The notes: a model not told the origin generated them from the letters alone. A stretch of DNA of 62,886 nt, filler included, from Bonamia ostreae (GCA_040357525.1; 52 parts of 52 records of this genome joined end to end with filler, not necessarily neighbours in it), one strand, 5' to 3'. Positions 1-13,752 are shown, counted from the whole stretch's first letter. Numbers and translations are program-made.

Positions 1-106
1 TTCGAAGATTTGTCGTTTTTTAAAATAAATTCTAACAATATTTTAAACAGAGCGATTGGATTTAAATCAACTTTAAATTTAAACAGTTCTAACAAATTTT
101 ACAAAA

Positions 107-361
107 TCACTTTTTAAAATTAATTTCTTCTCCGCTAATTCCTTTTTTGACCCCCTCGGCTAACCCGTTAAACGCGACTTTAGCAGCCAAACTTGCAAAG
201 CCAAGCGCTCTCTCAAAATTGTTCGAAGGCACTTTTCTTGCAGACGGGTCAAACTCATTATCATCCATTTTGCATCGTTTGCCCATATGTTTCATTTTCA
301 AAAGACCATTTTTGCATTTTGCTTGTCTACAAATTTTTATAAAATGCGGTGCGCGGAACAT
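107..361 (-). CDS. COQ8: COQ8/ABC1 atypical kinase, N-terminal exon (protist)
   Basis: RKVPSNNFERALGFASLAAKVAFNGLAEGVKK resembles the conserved RKVPS..R..GF..L N-terminal segment of Coq8/ADCK3. The basic N-terminus resembles a presequence. Confidence 0.7.
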   Translation of the reverse strand: MFRAPHFIKICRQAKCKNGLLKMKHMGKRCKMDDNEFDPSARKVPSNNFERALGFASLAAKVAFNGLAEGVKKGISGEEINFKK

Positions 362-446
362 CGCAAATTAAATTATTATTATTATAAGCTCTAAATATTT
401 CGGTTTGTTCGTATTTATACTAAAAACACTAATCTTTTTTGTACTA

Positions 447-740
447 ATGATAAAGCGCTTTAGATCTGAGCCTCAAAAATTATTTGTTTATAAGATGAAA
501 AGTGCTTGCGACCTTAAAGGTAAACCATTTTTACGTTTATGTAGATAAAGTTCATGTTGATCATGAAAACAGATACTTTAATGTGCCCACCCGCATCATG
601 GATGATCTCCTTGATGTCAGTTTAAACGACGCTAACGGTTGTTATGCTTTTTACACTGTTTTATTTTTAATGATCCTAGAAACAGTCAATCGACCAAATC
701 AAACTCAAAAAACTACCATTAGAAATAGTTGTAAGAACAA
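447..740 (+). CDS. Hypothetical spliced protein, divergent from COQ8
   Basis: ATG at 447. A putative 25-nt GT-AG intron (520-544) joins the 502..768 ORF in frame. No recognisable motif. Confidence 0.3.
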
Positions 741-1119
741 GTACCTTTTGTCATATTTTTCGTCTTGAACACTATTCAAATAATCCCAGAAAATATAGAT
801 TTAAAGCCTTATTTTCTTTAAAAAATGAAAGTTTAGAAATGGGAAGTTATGATTACAAATTGTTTAAACTTCAAAAAATAAATTAATTTAATCTGCAATC
901 CAAAATTTTTCATATAATATTGTCCATTTGAAAAATCAAAGGTAATTTATTGTCATAATCCTTACATCTTCGATATTAAATCTCAACTGTAACAAAAACT
1001 CGATGATATTTAAAGCATGGTAGCAATTTTTGCTCAGTCTTAGATTGTTTCTTTCTTTTATAAAACATTCCGCTTCTTTCATCAACCAATAAAATTTCTT
1101 TTTAATTTAACAAAAATAG

Positions 1120-1219
1120 NNNNNNNNNNNNNNNNNNNNNNNNNNNNNNNNNNNNNNNNNNNNTTAATTAATTAANNNNNNNNNNNNNNNNNNNNNNNNN
1201 NNNNNNNNNNNNNNNNNNN
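1120..1219. other. Artificial contig spacer (44 N + TTAATTAATTAA + 44 N); first of 51 identical spacers
   Basis: The same 100-nt block recurs every ~1.2 kb. The core gives TAA stops in all six frames. Contig lengths decrease monotonically from 1119 to 1104. Confidence 0.98.
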
Positions 1220-1357
1220 AGGGCCCAAGGCGTGTGTGACCTGACAAAGGGGTGTTTACTCTTCGTAAGCACCCGGCACCACCTCTGGTGTTTGCCTACT
1301 CTAAATTTTGCATTTTTAACATATTTATTAGATTACTGTTTGTTATCTTCACGTTTC
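1220..1357 (+). repeat. Dispersed host (bivalve-like) repeat; related copies at ~1763-1820 (-), ~11785-11830 (-), ~45520-45675 (+)
   Basis: Shared segments tactcct..ggcac..ccacctctggt..tgtttg and gattgattactgtt..ttatcttcac occur in three different contigs. Confidence 0.7.
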
Positions 1358-2213
1358 TAATTTAGCCATATAATGATCTGAATGAGCGATTTCCCTTAAT
1401 TGAAATTCTTTAGCCGTCTAGTAGAGGAAACAATTGAAAATAAAGACAATCATAGAACCACGAAAGCGGCGAAGAAAAAAATTATTCGGTCTAAGTGTTG
1501 TTTAGATACTGCAGTATGAAAGAATGAACAATTAGGGAAAGTATAGAAAATGTAATTATACAGATAAACCATCATTTTCTGTCTGGTTGTGGAATTTATT
1601 TCACCAATGAGACATGGTTCACAATCTTGAAATTATCCTGAAATACTTGCATCCAACGTGATTTTGCCCTGAACAACTTTAAAATATGGTGTGTATTATT
1701 AGACAAAGGCTTCCAATGACATCACAATACCACAATGAACTATTACATTGACGTCGATAGTGAAAGGTGAAGACAACGACCAGTGATCCATCTCGTAACT
1801 CCCATATGCAATACAAAATAAATATCCAGCTATTTACGTTTAAAGATAAAGGAAGCAAATCAAGGTTGTTATAAATTGTACTCTGACATTCCCGGGAAGT
1901 TATAGGAAAGGGGGAGGGGGTTACAATGCCACTTTCAAAACATCACACCTAGTTTGGGATCATGAAAGAACAGAGAAATATGAAATCTACTCGTCATCAA
2001 ATTTAGTGCTGAAATCTTAAAAATATATCTAAAATCGCATATCGATATCGTTTATCAAACAATAAGAGTTAAAATGTTCATATCCAGGCTTGGATTTCTC
2101 GAAAAAATATCAGACTTAAGTCCATGTTTTGACTCAAGTGTATTTTGAGAAATCCAGGCCTGTCTATCTGAATATAGATTTATCTCTTCTATGAAATTAT
2201 TGTTTTACCGAAG

Positions 2214-2337
2214 ATACCAACAACGACCACAACCAAAAGTTCATCGACAACGACCACAACAAAAGCAACGACAAGTTCACCAACAACGACCACAACAAAA
2301 GCAACGACAAGTTCACCAACAACGACCACAACAAAAG
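2214..2337 (+). CDS. Mucin-like Thr/Ser-rich exon with 36-nt tandem repeat (host)
   Basis: After an AG acceptor at 2213 the frame reads IPTTTTTKSSSTTTTTKATTSSPTTTTTKATTSSPTTTTTK. Confidence 0.55.
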
Positions 2338-2508
2338 NNNNNNNNNNNNNNNNNNNNNNNNNNNNNNNNNNNNNNNNNNNNTTAATTAATTAANNNNNNN
2401 NNNNNNNNNNNNNNNNNNNNNNNNNNNNNNNNNNNNNGCGAATTAGTTGAAAAAATATTATAAAATGTTTAATTTCAAATACAACTTATTCACAAATAAT
2501 TAAAAAAT

Positions 2509-3555
2509 TCAAAACAATAAATTTAATCTGTCGCTCATATTCTTCAAATTCAAAGAAACAGTGAAAGCAGCTTGTATCACCGAATCTTCACTAATAACAG
2601 ATTTTGCAATATTTTCAACAAAATAGATAAGTTTATAAAAGATCGATTTCTCAAATTTTTTAACCAAAAACGAAAAATTTCCAGAATTTGTTATTTTTAG
2701 CAAAACAAACAAAATTCCTTTAAAAAACGCTTCTCTTTGTTTGTTTTTCGACTTTTCATAATTGTTTACGAAAGTTAAAATCGCTCCAATTAAATCAAAA
2801 ATCATTTTTTCTTTTTTTGACTTATTTTCGCAAAGTTCAATCATTTTCCAGAGCGATATCAACGTTTGCGTTGCCAAATTTCCATTTAATTTTGAAGTTT
2901 TGTTCTTTTATTTTTAATTTTTTTTTGTTCAATTTTGAAAAATTAAAATTTCAAACAGAAAAATTTTCGTTAATTTCGTTTAAAATTGGATAAAAGAAAA
3001 TATTCGATATCTCGCAAAATTTATTTGTAACTAAGATTTTATCACTTAATCGATTATTTTGGCTAAATCCGTTTTGGCTAAATTCATCATCATCCAAAAC
3101 CAAATTATTGGACTTATTTATATTAAAAATTTTCATCAAAAGAGGATCTTTTTCAGATTGTCCATTACTAAAATTTAGCTTTTTTTGTATGTTTTCAGAA
3201 GCTATTATTTAGTAAAAATATTTAAATTTAGCCAAAATAATAAATTTATAAAAAATTAAGTTATTTAAATTTAACGTTTGTTTGTTAAAATTTCTTTTTT
3301 AGACAAATTTTCCGCGGTTTTCAGTAAAATCTCTAAAATCGAAAATTTGTCATTTAAACAAAATTTGTTTGAACAAAACGCGTTTGTTAAAACTGGAACG
3401 ACATTTCGAGGATTGTAAAAACAAATTTTAACAACACTTTTTTCCTGAATTTTCTTAAAATTTGCCAATTTGAAGTTGTTTTCTGTTGATATTACAGTTA
3501 TTGCCAGTTTTTTCGCCAATTCTGTTTTTTGTCATTTTTAAAATTTTTAAAATCG
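2509..3555 (-). CDS. TELO2: Telomere length regulation protein Tel2, C-terminal part, 3 exons
   Basis: NPRNVVPVLTNAFCSNKFCLNDKFSILEILLKTAENLS and NKFCEISNIFFYPIL match Tel2 C-terminal motifs. The three ORFs join in frame via GT-AG introns. Confidence 0.7.
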
Positions 3556-3674
3556 NNNNNNNNNNNNNNNNNNNNNNNNNNNNNNNNNNNNNNNNNNNNT
3601 TAATTAATTAANNNNNNNNNNNNNNNNNNNNNNNNNNNNNNNNNNNNNNNNNNNNAATTTTTCGATATTTCAAT

Positions 3675-4430
3675 TTAAAACTTGACAATTTTTGAATTCT
3701 TAAGAATTTCGACTAACGGAGGCAAGACCAGTCCATGCAACTGCTTCTGAATCTGCGGCGCAAAATCTTCGCACATCTGGCCGATGCAATGGATCGCAGA
3801 AAAAACGACGCGCGGATTCTGGTCCTTGTAAAACGCCGAAACAGTGCGCACAAACTTTTCCGCATGTTCGTTGTCCACCGATTCCGCCATTTGGGAAATC
3901 GCTATTAACCCCGCGACGCGCCTTTTCCAATCTTCGTGCGACAAAAATTTGCCGATGAGCGGAATCGCTATTTTGAGCACTCTCGCAGAGCCGAAAGCTT
4001 GCGAAAGTCTGTCCATTGCCACTTCGCCTTCGCTGTAGATTTCGTTTTCCTCTTCGCTTTCGTCGTCCAAATCGTTAATCCAGTTCGGAGGATCGCTGAT
4101 TTCGAGCATCATCACCAACGCCGACATGAAAGCGCGTCGCACATAAAGTTCTGAGCGGCGGTAGACGCCGTTGTCCATCTCGGCCAAAACGACCAAAAAT
4201 TCGAGTGCGAGAATGCGCACTTCTTTGGACATATTGGTCGCCATTGCGGCGTCAGACATGAGCTTGACGAACTGTTCGAAATAAAGTCGGATCGATTTCG
4301 GGTTCAGGTTGACCATATCGATCAAGTCCTCGAAGACTTCAATAAGAGAAGATTCGTCATTGAGTTTGACGACGTCTTCGACAACTTTAAGCATGAGCTT
4401 TAAAAGTTGTTCTTCTTCTTGTGCGTTCTT
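3675..4430 (-). CDS. IPO5: Importin-5 / karyopherin beta-3 (Pse1/Kap121) internal exon
   Basis: HEAT repeats VRILALEFLVVLAE, an acidic loop, AMDRLSQAFG, WKRRVAGLIAISQMAE and DQNPRVVFSAIHCIGQMCEDFAP. Confidence 0.88.
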   Translation of the reverse strand, partial: KNAQEEEQLLKLMLKVVEDVVKLNDESSLIEVFEDLIDMVNLNPKSIRLYFEQFVKLMSDAAMATNMSKEVRILALEFLVVLAEMDNGVYRRSELYVRRAFMSALVMMLEISDPPNWINDLDDESEEENEIYSEGEVAMDRLSQAFGSARVLKIAIPLIGKFLSHEDWKRRVAGLIAISQMAESVDNEHAEKFVRTVSAFYKDQNPRVVFSAIHCIGQMCEDFAPQIQKQLHGLVLPPLVEILKNSKIVKF

Positions 4431-4439
4431 GTTATAAGT

Positions 4440-4773
4440 TAGTCGAAAAAATAATTAGTCAAAAAAATTTAATTTATCAGAAAAAATTTTGCCAAAAAAG
4501 TTTAATTGACAAAAAGAATTTAATTTATAAGATAATATTTCGTCGAACAATAAAAAGTTAATTTAAATGATTAAAAATATTTCGTCAAAAAAATTTAACT
4601 TAAAAATATTTCGTCAAAAAAATTTAATTTATAACATTTCGTCGAACAATAAAAAGTTAATTTAAATGACTAAAAATATTTCGTCAAAAAAATTGAATTT
4701 ATAATATTTCGTCGAACAAATAAAAAGTTAATTTAAATGACTAAAAATATTTCGTCAAAAAAATTGAATTTAT
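4440..4773. repeat. Intronic compound minisatellite (~70-nt higher-order unit containing tttcgtc)
   Basis: ttcgtcgaacaa recurs at ~4539, 4638 and 4708, immediately upstream of the importin exon. Confidence 0.8.
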
Positions 4774-4873
4774 NNNNNNNNNNNNNNNNNNNNNNNNNNN
4801 NNNNNNNNNNNNNNNNNTTAATTAATTAANNNNNNNNNNNNNNNNNNNNNNNNNNNNNNNNNNNNNNNNNNNN

Positions 4874-5057
4874 ATTGTTTGCCGTTTTTGCAAACTTTTT
4901 TTAAATAAATTTTATTTTTGCCGTTTTTGCAAACTTTTTTTTTAAATAAATTTAATTGTTTGCCGTTTTTGCAAACTTTTTTTAAATAAATTTTATTGTT
5001 TGCCGTTTTTGCAAACTTTTTTTTAAATAAATTTTATTGTTTGCCGTTTTTGCAAAT
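4874..5057. repeat. Intronic ~40-nt tandem repeat, ~4.5 copies
   Basis: attgtttgccgtttttgcaaactttttttaaataaatttt is repeated and ends ~10 nt before the AG acceptor at 5068. Confidence 0.9.
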
Positions 5058-5068
5058 TTCGGTTAAAG

Positions 5069-5391
5069 CACCAGAAATGCTGAAAAGAGAAAAATGTGAC
5101 AAGAAAATAGATTGGTGGGGCGTTGGTCTTTTGGGATACTTTATGGCATCCAAAAAACACCCATTTTTAGAAAACAATCGTCTTACGAACGAAGAAGAAA
5201 CCATCGAACGAATAAAAAAATACAATCCAATTTATCCAAATCACTTTACTCAAAACTTCATTCGTCTGTTGAGCCATTTGTTAAAGAAAAATCCAGAACA
5301 ACGACTTTCTTTGGAAAGAAACAACATTGAAGAAATTGCAAACTGTTTCCGCTTTTTGAAAGGAGTTAACTGGGATGAACTTGATAAATAA
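5069..5391 (+). CDS. AGC-family Ser/Thr protein kinase, last exon
   Basis: APE motif, IDWWGVG, LLKKNPEQRL and FLKGVNWD; TAA stop. Confidence 0.8.
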
Positions 5392-5799
5392 TCAAATTTT
5401 TTCTAATTCACTTTTACAAATTCAAAAATTTTATTTTGTGGAACGAACACAAATTTGCAAAAAAAGTTTAATTGCGATTTACTAATTTGTGTTCAAATCT
5501 GCAACAGCGCGGACAAGCGACGAAAGTGGCTAGAACCAAATTAAGCAACATTAATGAAGAATTGACGTAAATCATCGGACTGATTTCCATTTTCGAATCA
5601 AAATATTTTGTATTTAATGAGCTTAAAATAGTCCGAAAAACAGAATCGAATTTTTACAAAATTGTTTTTTGCGTTTTTTAAAAATTTTTTAGTTGAAAAT
5701 TTTTCAGTTCAAAAACAGAAATATTTTATTATTTCAAAATTGATTTTATATTAAAGCTTAAAAAAATCCGAAAAAATGTAGAGACACTTTTACCTAAAT

Positions 5800-5991
5800 T
5801 CACAGCGAAAGAATCCAAATGATTCGGCAGATTCTCCGCACCTCCGCGAAGTCACTGATGTCAATAGTGCTTCTCAACTTCGAAGCGGTTAAAGCGACAA
5901 AATCTGTTCCCGAAACGTTCAAAAAGCGGAATTTGCTCGCGCTCTCGTAACTTATTCCGCAAATCTGAAGGGCGTTTCTGATGTCGTCTGG
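5800..5991 (-). CDS. Possible SAM-domain-like C-terminal fragment
   Basis: Open frame PDDIRNALQICGISYESASKFRFLNVSGTDFVALTASKLRSTIDISDFAEVRRI has a SAM-like F...V.G..F..LT...L pattern. Confidence 0.35.
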   Translation of the reverse strand, partial: PDDIRNALQICGISYESASKFRFLNVSGTDFVALTASKLRSTIDISDFAEVRRICRIIWILSL

Positions 5992-7309
5992 NNNNNNNNN
6001 NNNNNNNNNNNNNNNNNNNNNNNNNNNNNNNNNNNTTAATTAATTAANNNNNNNNNNNNNNNNNNNNNNNNNNNNNNNNNNNNNNNNNNNNCTTACCATC
6101 TGATGATTATTAAAGAGCACAGTAGTACAAAAATACATATCATCCAAGTCCACAGTGTATTAGTATTAGGTTGTATCGTTTCATTTTTTACTAGTATATT
6201 GTAGTATATATGTAAATACGTGTCATATACCAATCAATGGATAAGTGAAATAAACAGAACTATAACAGTTCCATGACTTCCTGGTATAAATCTGTAATCT
6301 CTACACGAATCGGAATTCTGTACCTTAAAATATTTACCTATTGATAGGTAATACCAACGCACAGAACATATTTTCCTATTTCAGCCGTTTGTTTTGGTGA
6401 ATCATGAACAATCATTCAAATGCAGTGCGAGAGTATTCGGAAGTGACCTTCAATTTAATTTCATTTGATACATCACACATATGAATTGACATCTTACATG
6501 CCAATTTTAAACCAAACATTCATGCAGCAAATAGTCTGAAATGATACATTTTGAATGTTTACGTAATAATGATAAGACGGCGGAATAATTGGACGTTTCA
6601 ACCCCAGGTGTTCTATTATTTCAATAATATTTTCACTTAAGTGAACCTAAGCATGATTTTAAATGAAATAAAAATCACAAGATATAAATGTCATTATATA
6701 ATTAAATGATATTAAATTCTAGTTTAAATGTCTTACCTATTCTAATTATCTATTTCAACAAATATTCCGGTATTTTCTTCTCAAAGTGTGTAAGTAATTA
6801 TCATTATTAAGCTAAGAGGCTATATCTTGACAATTGTAGTATTAAATTTGCATTATTATTGTTTAGCAACCAGGTAAATTTATTAACTAATTGTAGATTA
6901 GAAAACCACTTTACAGGAATTCTCATTTGCATATTTCAGTAGCTCTTGTCGCTTTTCAGAGTTTTTCACAAAATAATAATTTAAAAAGCATCAACGACAT
7001 GTAACTGCAATGTCGACAAAATGTTGGGTATGGTGAGAGTTTTGTCATTATCTGTTTATAATCATGAAATTCTAAACCTTCTAAAACGTTTTCTATCATC
7101 AGCAATGTTAATTAATGATACATGATCTTCCATGAGTATATAAATGTGATACATTTCCTGAATCTTAAAGCTTTGTGCTTGTTTTCTTTCTATGTTCTAG
7201 GATTTCAAANNNNNNNNNNNNNNNNNNNNNNNNNNNNNNNNNNNNNNNNNNNNTTAATTAATTAANNNNNNNNNNNNNNNNNNNNNNNNNNNNNNNNNNN
7301 NNNNNNNNN

Positions 7310-8426
7310 ACCTCAACCCCTGTGGGGCCAACTTGCCACCTTGAGGTCAGGGGCCATCAGGGGTGGGGCGAACTTTTTTAGACTCATGATTGATAGGGCC
7401 AGACCAAACCCCTTCTGTGTGAAAAATGTTTTGGTTCCACTGTTGCTCCATGGGTCCGTTGTGGGGCTGGGGAACTAGAAATCTACCATGACTTTACCAT
7501 TCTAAAGGGGTTAACCGAATCCACTCTTGCCCTTTCTTGGGGCTTGCCCTTCAAGGGATCATCAGAGGGCCCTCCCTGGAGGTCCATGTTGAAAAAATAG
7601 GGTGCCTAGGTACCGATATATGGTTACTGTGCTTGCCTGAAAAAGGTGTAAATTTTAAGGGCTATTTAGTTACTTCTAGGGGCTAAAATGGCTTCTTGGT
7701 CAGTGAATTTTTTAGGTGTTTTCTGGCTACACTGGCTGTCTCAGATGAGTGGGGCAAGGGATCCAAAATTCGAACGAGGGGCCCATGTAAGGGGGCGATC
7801 GCAACCTCCCATGGGGTCACCTTGCCCCTTGGCACCAGGGAATCCCATGGGTTGCCCCCTGTGTTTAAGGTGTTGGTGTTATGGATCCGATGGGGCTAGA
7901 GGCCCCAATGGGTTCGAAATCCCCAGTGGGGTGTATCTCGGCCCCTGTGGGGCCAACTAGCCCCATGAAGACAGGGTAGTATGGTTGATCTTTTTTTTAA
8001 ATAACATGTTTCTGTGGGGGTTGATGGGGTTTCAGGGGCTAGTATGAGTTGAAGGGCTCTTCAGGGCATCGAACCGAAACCCTATGGGGCCAGCTGGCCC
8101 CCTAGGGGTCCGGCACCCTATGGATGTTCACTCTTTTTTCTAAGACCTGGTGCTTTAAGGTGGTTGGGGATAGAGGGCCCTCCGATGGGATAGCCCTTGC
8201 CCCCTTATGGGGTCAGGTAGTCCCATTGAGGTCCGAAACCCCTTGGGTGGTCACCTTTTTTTCTAAGGCATACCCTACTAGGGTTATTCAATGGGACCAG
8301 AAGGCCCCGATTTGTGGGAGGGCCCTCAAAAGGGGCGAACTTGACCCCTGTGGGGTCAATTAGCCCCCTTGGGGTCAGGGGTTATCAGGAGTAGGATTAA
8401 GGGTTAGGGTTAGGGTAAAGGCACTT
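7310..8426. repeat. GC-rich degenerate repeat (host-like) ending in a few TTAGGG units
   Basis: cccctgtggggccaac-like motif at ~7316, 7943 and 8345; gggttagggttaggg at ~8401-8415. ORFs here have no protein-like motifs. Confidence 0.6.
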
Positions 8427-8638
8427 NNNNNNNNNNNNNNNNNNNNNNNNNNNNNNNNNNNNNNNNNNNNTTAATTAATTAANNNNNNNNNNNNNNNNNN
8501 NNNNNNNNNNNNNNNNNNNNNNNNNNGATTATGAGGAAAGCGGTATTAACGGTTTGTTGAAGCAACATCCATTCTCCAATAAATATTCTGCCGAAGAGGA
8601 TTTATTTGACGAATTTGAATAAATTTGAATTCCAAATT

Positions 8639-8830
8639 TTACCGAATATTTACTCCGACTGCAAAACACAAACCCAAAATAGCTCCTCTTTGCACAGCAG
8701 AACGAACAACGACGGGAGAAAGGTTTCTTTGCATCAGAGAAGGCAACAAAGTCGTGCTCGTTCCAGCGATAGCGCCCTCAAAAATTTGTTGAGAAAACCA
8801 TTCCAAAACCAAGCAACGATCTTTTAACAT
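8639..8830 (-). CDS. Mgr2/Romo1-like small mitochondrial inner-membrane protein
   Basis: 63 aa. C-terminus [19 protein letters not shown] fits the Romo1/Mgr2 pattern Q.G...G...A.G..IR; N-terminus MLKDRCL. Confidence 0.55.
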   Translation of the reverse strand: MLKDRCLVLEWFSQQIFEGAIAGTSTTLLPSLMQRNLSPVVVRSAVQRGAILGLCFAVGVNIR

Positions 8831-8911
8831 ACAGCGAAGTGTCCATTTTGTCTAAATAACTTTTTTTGGCTAATTTGTCTTTTTTGCCAAAAAACGTTAA
8901 TAAAAAGTAAT

Positions 8912-9415
8912 ATGGACGAAAATAAAGAGCTTAAAAAAGTAGATGAAATAAAAGAGGCTTTTGAACTTTTCGATAAAAACGGCGATGGGACCATTTCTGC
9001 GCTTGAATTGGGCCAAGTTCTCAGAAGTTTGGGACAGAATCCAACAGAATCAGAGCTTAACGACATGATAAGTGAATTTGATAGCAACGGAAAAGGAAAC
9101 ATTGATTTTGAGGATTTTAAGCGCATAATTTCCACTCACAAATCTGAATTCTCTGCCAAATCTAATGTGAAAGAAGCGTTTAAAGCGTTCGACAAAGACG
9201 GGAACGGATTCATATCTCTGGAAGAGCTCAAATCTGCGATGGAAAGTCTTGGCGAAAAAGTGACGAAAGAAGAATTACAAGAAATGGTAAAAATTGCAGA
9301 TAAAAACAAGTTTGGAATTTTTTTCGTTTTGAAAAAATTTGTTTTTATGATTTGAAAAAGTGACGGAAAGATCGATTATGAAGAGTTTGTGGAGATAATG
9401 CAACATGAAATGTAA
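8912..9415 (+). CDS. Calmodulin-like 4 EF-hand protein; exons 8912-9309 and 9361-9415
   Basis: EF loops [24 protein letters not shown] and [12 protein letters not shown]; removing a 51-nt GT-AG intron (9310-9360) yields the fourth, [15 protein letters not shown] stop. Confidence 0.92.
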
Positions 9416-9429
9416 AATTTGTCGTTTTA

Positions 9430-9628
9430 TAATAATTTGGACATGAATGGTCCGTCTAAATGATATCCGAGTTTTCTGTAATAGTTCCTTGTTCCGACGC
9501 CGGAGATCACTGACATTTTTTTCGAGCCGTGTTCGTTTTTTGCTATTTTTTCGGCTTCGTGCATCAATAGAGTGCCGAATCCCTTTATCGAAATTGTTTT
9601 TTTGATCGATTTTTTTATTTTTGTTCAT
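9430..9628 (-). CDS. Possible bZIP-like fragment
   Basis: [33 protein letters not shown]: basic region plus heptad leucines. The 3' end is unclear because the ORF runs antisense into the calmodulin-like gene. Confidence 0.25.
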
Positions 9629-9743
9629 CGATTTATGTTTTTTNNNNNNNNNNNNNNNNNNNNNNNNNNNNNNNNNNNNNNNNNNNNTTAATTAATTAAN
9701 NNNNNNNNNNNNNNNNNNNNNNNNNNNNNNNNNNNNNNNNNNN

Positions 9744-9990
9744 AATTTTTATTTCCGACTATTAATTTTTATTTTCGACTATTAATTTATTTTCTTTAAC
9801 TAATAATTTTTATTTCCGACTATTAATTTTTATTTTCGACTATTAATTTATTTTCTTTAACTAATAATTTTTATTTCCGACTATTAATTTTTATTTTCGA
9901 CTATTAATTTATTTTCTTTAACTAATAATTTTTATTTCCGACTATTAATTTTTATTTTCGACTATTAATTTATTTTCTTTAGCTAATAAT
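9744..9990. repeat. 61-nt tandem repeat, ~4 copies
   Basis: taataatttttatttccgactattaatttttattttcgactattaatttattttctttaac is repeated. Confidence 0.9.
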
Positions 9991-12261
9991 TTCGACTTAA
10001 ATTTTTATATTTTTCAGTTTAAACAAAATTTTTATTTTCGATTATTATCTTTTATTTACCTTGACTAAGAATTTTAATTTTTAGTCAAAAAAGATTTAAT
10101 CAAATTTCCCTGCTTTTTAATTTTAATCTCTGTGGAAATGTTGATTCTTCGTTTTCGAAGATATGTCATTGAAATTGCTATAAATTAAATTTTCATTAAA
10201 TTATTAATTGTTATTTTCGACTCAAATTTTATTATCGATTATTGTTTTTATCATTTTTACAAAAATGTTTGTTTTTAGACTAACTTAATGCAAAGCTTTA
10301 GAAATTTATTCTTTAATTTGCAAATTTAAAGCATGTTGATCAAAACGCCCTGCGAAGAAACGAACGTGAATTTGCTAATATTACCGAAAAAGCAATTAGA
10401 AAAGTTGCCGAATGGAAGTTTTATGAAGGAAGACAGAAAACAAGTCTTTCGTTGCGCTAAAATCGCCTTCGAAATAGCAGAGAACAAAACCGAAAACTTC
10501 AACGGTTCTATCGGCGTCATTATCGAACACGAAAAAAGCAATTGGTCCATTGTCCGTATGCTGGTTTTAGTCTACTTTAACAGAAACTCATTGTAAATTA
10601 AAGCTCACGTTAAACTGTACATTAAACAATGACAATATATTTGATATCACATTAAAGCAATTTTTAAAGCTTGAAATAAATATCAATTTTGTGGAATATA
10701 ATTTTTTTAAATTAAAAGATTCTAAAGCAGAAACTGATTTCGAAGCATTTGGTTCATGATGTGTGCGAAGGATATGAAGATTGGAAACAACAAAATTTGA
10801 CAGAGACGATCATGTGCCTTTCTTTACTGTCCACAAATTTCTTGAACATTCTGCGAGAANNNNNNNNNNNNNNNNNNNNNNNNNNNNNNNNNNNNNNNNN
10901 NNNTTAATTAATTAANNNNNNNNNNNNNNNNNNNNNNNNNNNNNNNNNNNNNNNNNNNNACTTGCCGTAAGACCTATATTTTCAGCAGGTAAACGGCATA
11001 ATCTATAACGAAAATAAGGAATTGAATGTGTAAAGCAAAGTTTATTGTTTTGTTGCTATATTTCATGTATTTTGTGTTAGTGTGTAATGCATGATTGATT
11101 TTGTGTGTATGGAGTCAAGTCGTCGTCTTTCTGTGAATGAGTTATTTTTCTTTTCCACATGTCAAGGATCAGTTTCAAAAGGAGGGGTTTTCTATCTGGA
11201 GACAAAATTATGTCAGTTTGTCAGAATAGTTTCATCAACATCAGTTGTTTATTTTTTGTAAAAATAGAAGCTGCTTTGGATTAAACGACATCTAGTAAGA
11301 TACCTTAAACTTTATTTTCGTTCAAAATAATCACACGCAGATTTTATATAGGTCAGTGATTGTAATGACTAAAATTATCTTTTCTCTCTATATTTCAGTT
11401 AGACTATCGAAAGTCGTGTGGGGTTTCAGATGAATATACATATACAGGCCTCCCTCATTATGTTACCAACTTTTGCTCAAGATCAATTGGGGCAATAAAA
11501 CAGGGGATGATAGTATAACGAATTCACTATTGCAGACACTTTACCGAGGAGTCAAACGATATCCAAATCTATAAATTTATTTGGGCTCCGTTCTATATAA
11601 ACATTTAAGTAATTTTGCGTTTAATTCAGCAATTATTAGTAATTAAACTGATTACTTGAATATTTTGTCCTTCCTGTCACACCGCATTCAAAATATAGGC
11701 ATGGTTACTAATCGTAATTGGCATTAATATCGAGAGGAAACCTTATAAAATTTGGCCATTTATTTCTGATAATCAGTGGAATGAACGGTGAAGATAACGA
11801 ACGTTAATCAATCTCATAACTCCGATACAGCAAGTTTGGTTACGCGGCAGCTAAGGTTGTGGCCGCTCAGTGTACCTATGAGTTTGTACCAATGAAGCTG
11901 GTGCTATTTCAGCAGAGACAAGTCATCCTTGTGGCAGACATGGACATCGTTTTCGTTGAGGATTTAGATTAACGTTTGAAACCTTTCCATTTTTTTTGCG
12001 TTCCGTTCGAGAATTGTTCCCTCAGATAGGGACATGTATGTGAAGATGTCCTTAAAGACCCAACTTTAAGTTAACNNNNNNNNNNNNNNNNNNNNNNNNN
12101 NNNNNNNNNNNNNNNNNNNTTAATTAATTAANNNNNNNNNNNNNNNNNNNNNNNNNNNNNNNNNNNNNNNNNNNNCTCTACCACTAAGCTACCGCGACCT
12201 TCATCATCGTCCTGTGATATTCAATGCGTCTAATGTTGATATAGGTACAATTGTGTATTTA

Positions 12262-13264
<1,003 letters not shown>

Positions 13265-13752
13265 CTGAGTTATTAGATTAAAGCACGTATTNNNNNNNNN
13301 NNNNNNNNNNNNNNNNNNNNNNNNNNNNNNNNNNNTTAATTAATTAANNNNNNNNNNNNNNNNNNNNNNNNNNNNNNNNNNNNNNNNNNNNTCATTTATC
13401 GAACACAACGAAAACAGTCCTTTGCGTACGAGATTGGCTGTGATCCTAACAAAGGGCATAATTTTACATCCCATCCGACGTTTCACCGTGTATTATTTAG
13501 TTCGACGCTGTGGCCAATATTGAAACTACAATACTACATCTATCATCTCTTATTCGATTGTTATGACACGTTCAGGTATATCAGGACTTTACTTCAAATT
13601 GCTGTTCTTTGACAATCGTTAACACTGCCATATAGCTATTAAAATTTGGTGGTTGTCTCAAGCCTAAATTGACATTTTGGAATGGGTTTTATACATGCGC
13701 TTCAAAATATGCAATCTTTCTTTACTTTTCTATAAATAGATCAATGTGTTAC

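Noticed and set aside
2191-2385. Gln/Arg-rich ORF from the track
   Set aside because: Probably the wrong frame; the Thr/Ser mucin-like frame after the AG acceptor is more plausible.
7688-8363. ORFs in the GC-rich contig
   Set aside because: Chance ORFs in a GC-rich repeat, with no motifs.
8395-8420. True telomere
   Set aside because: Only 2-3 TTAGGG units, followed by non-telomeric sequence.
10326-10859. Gene in the contig after the 61-nt repeat
   Set aside because: Probably coding, but strand, exon structure and product could not be determined.
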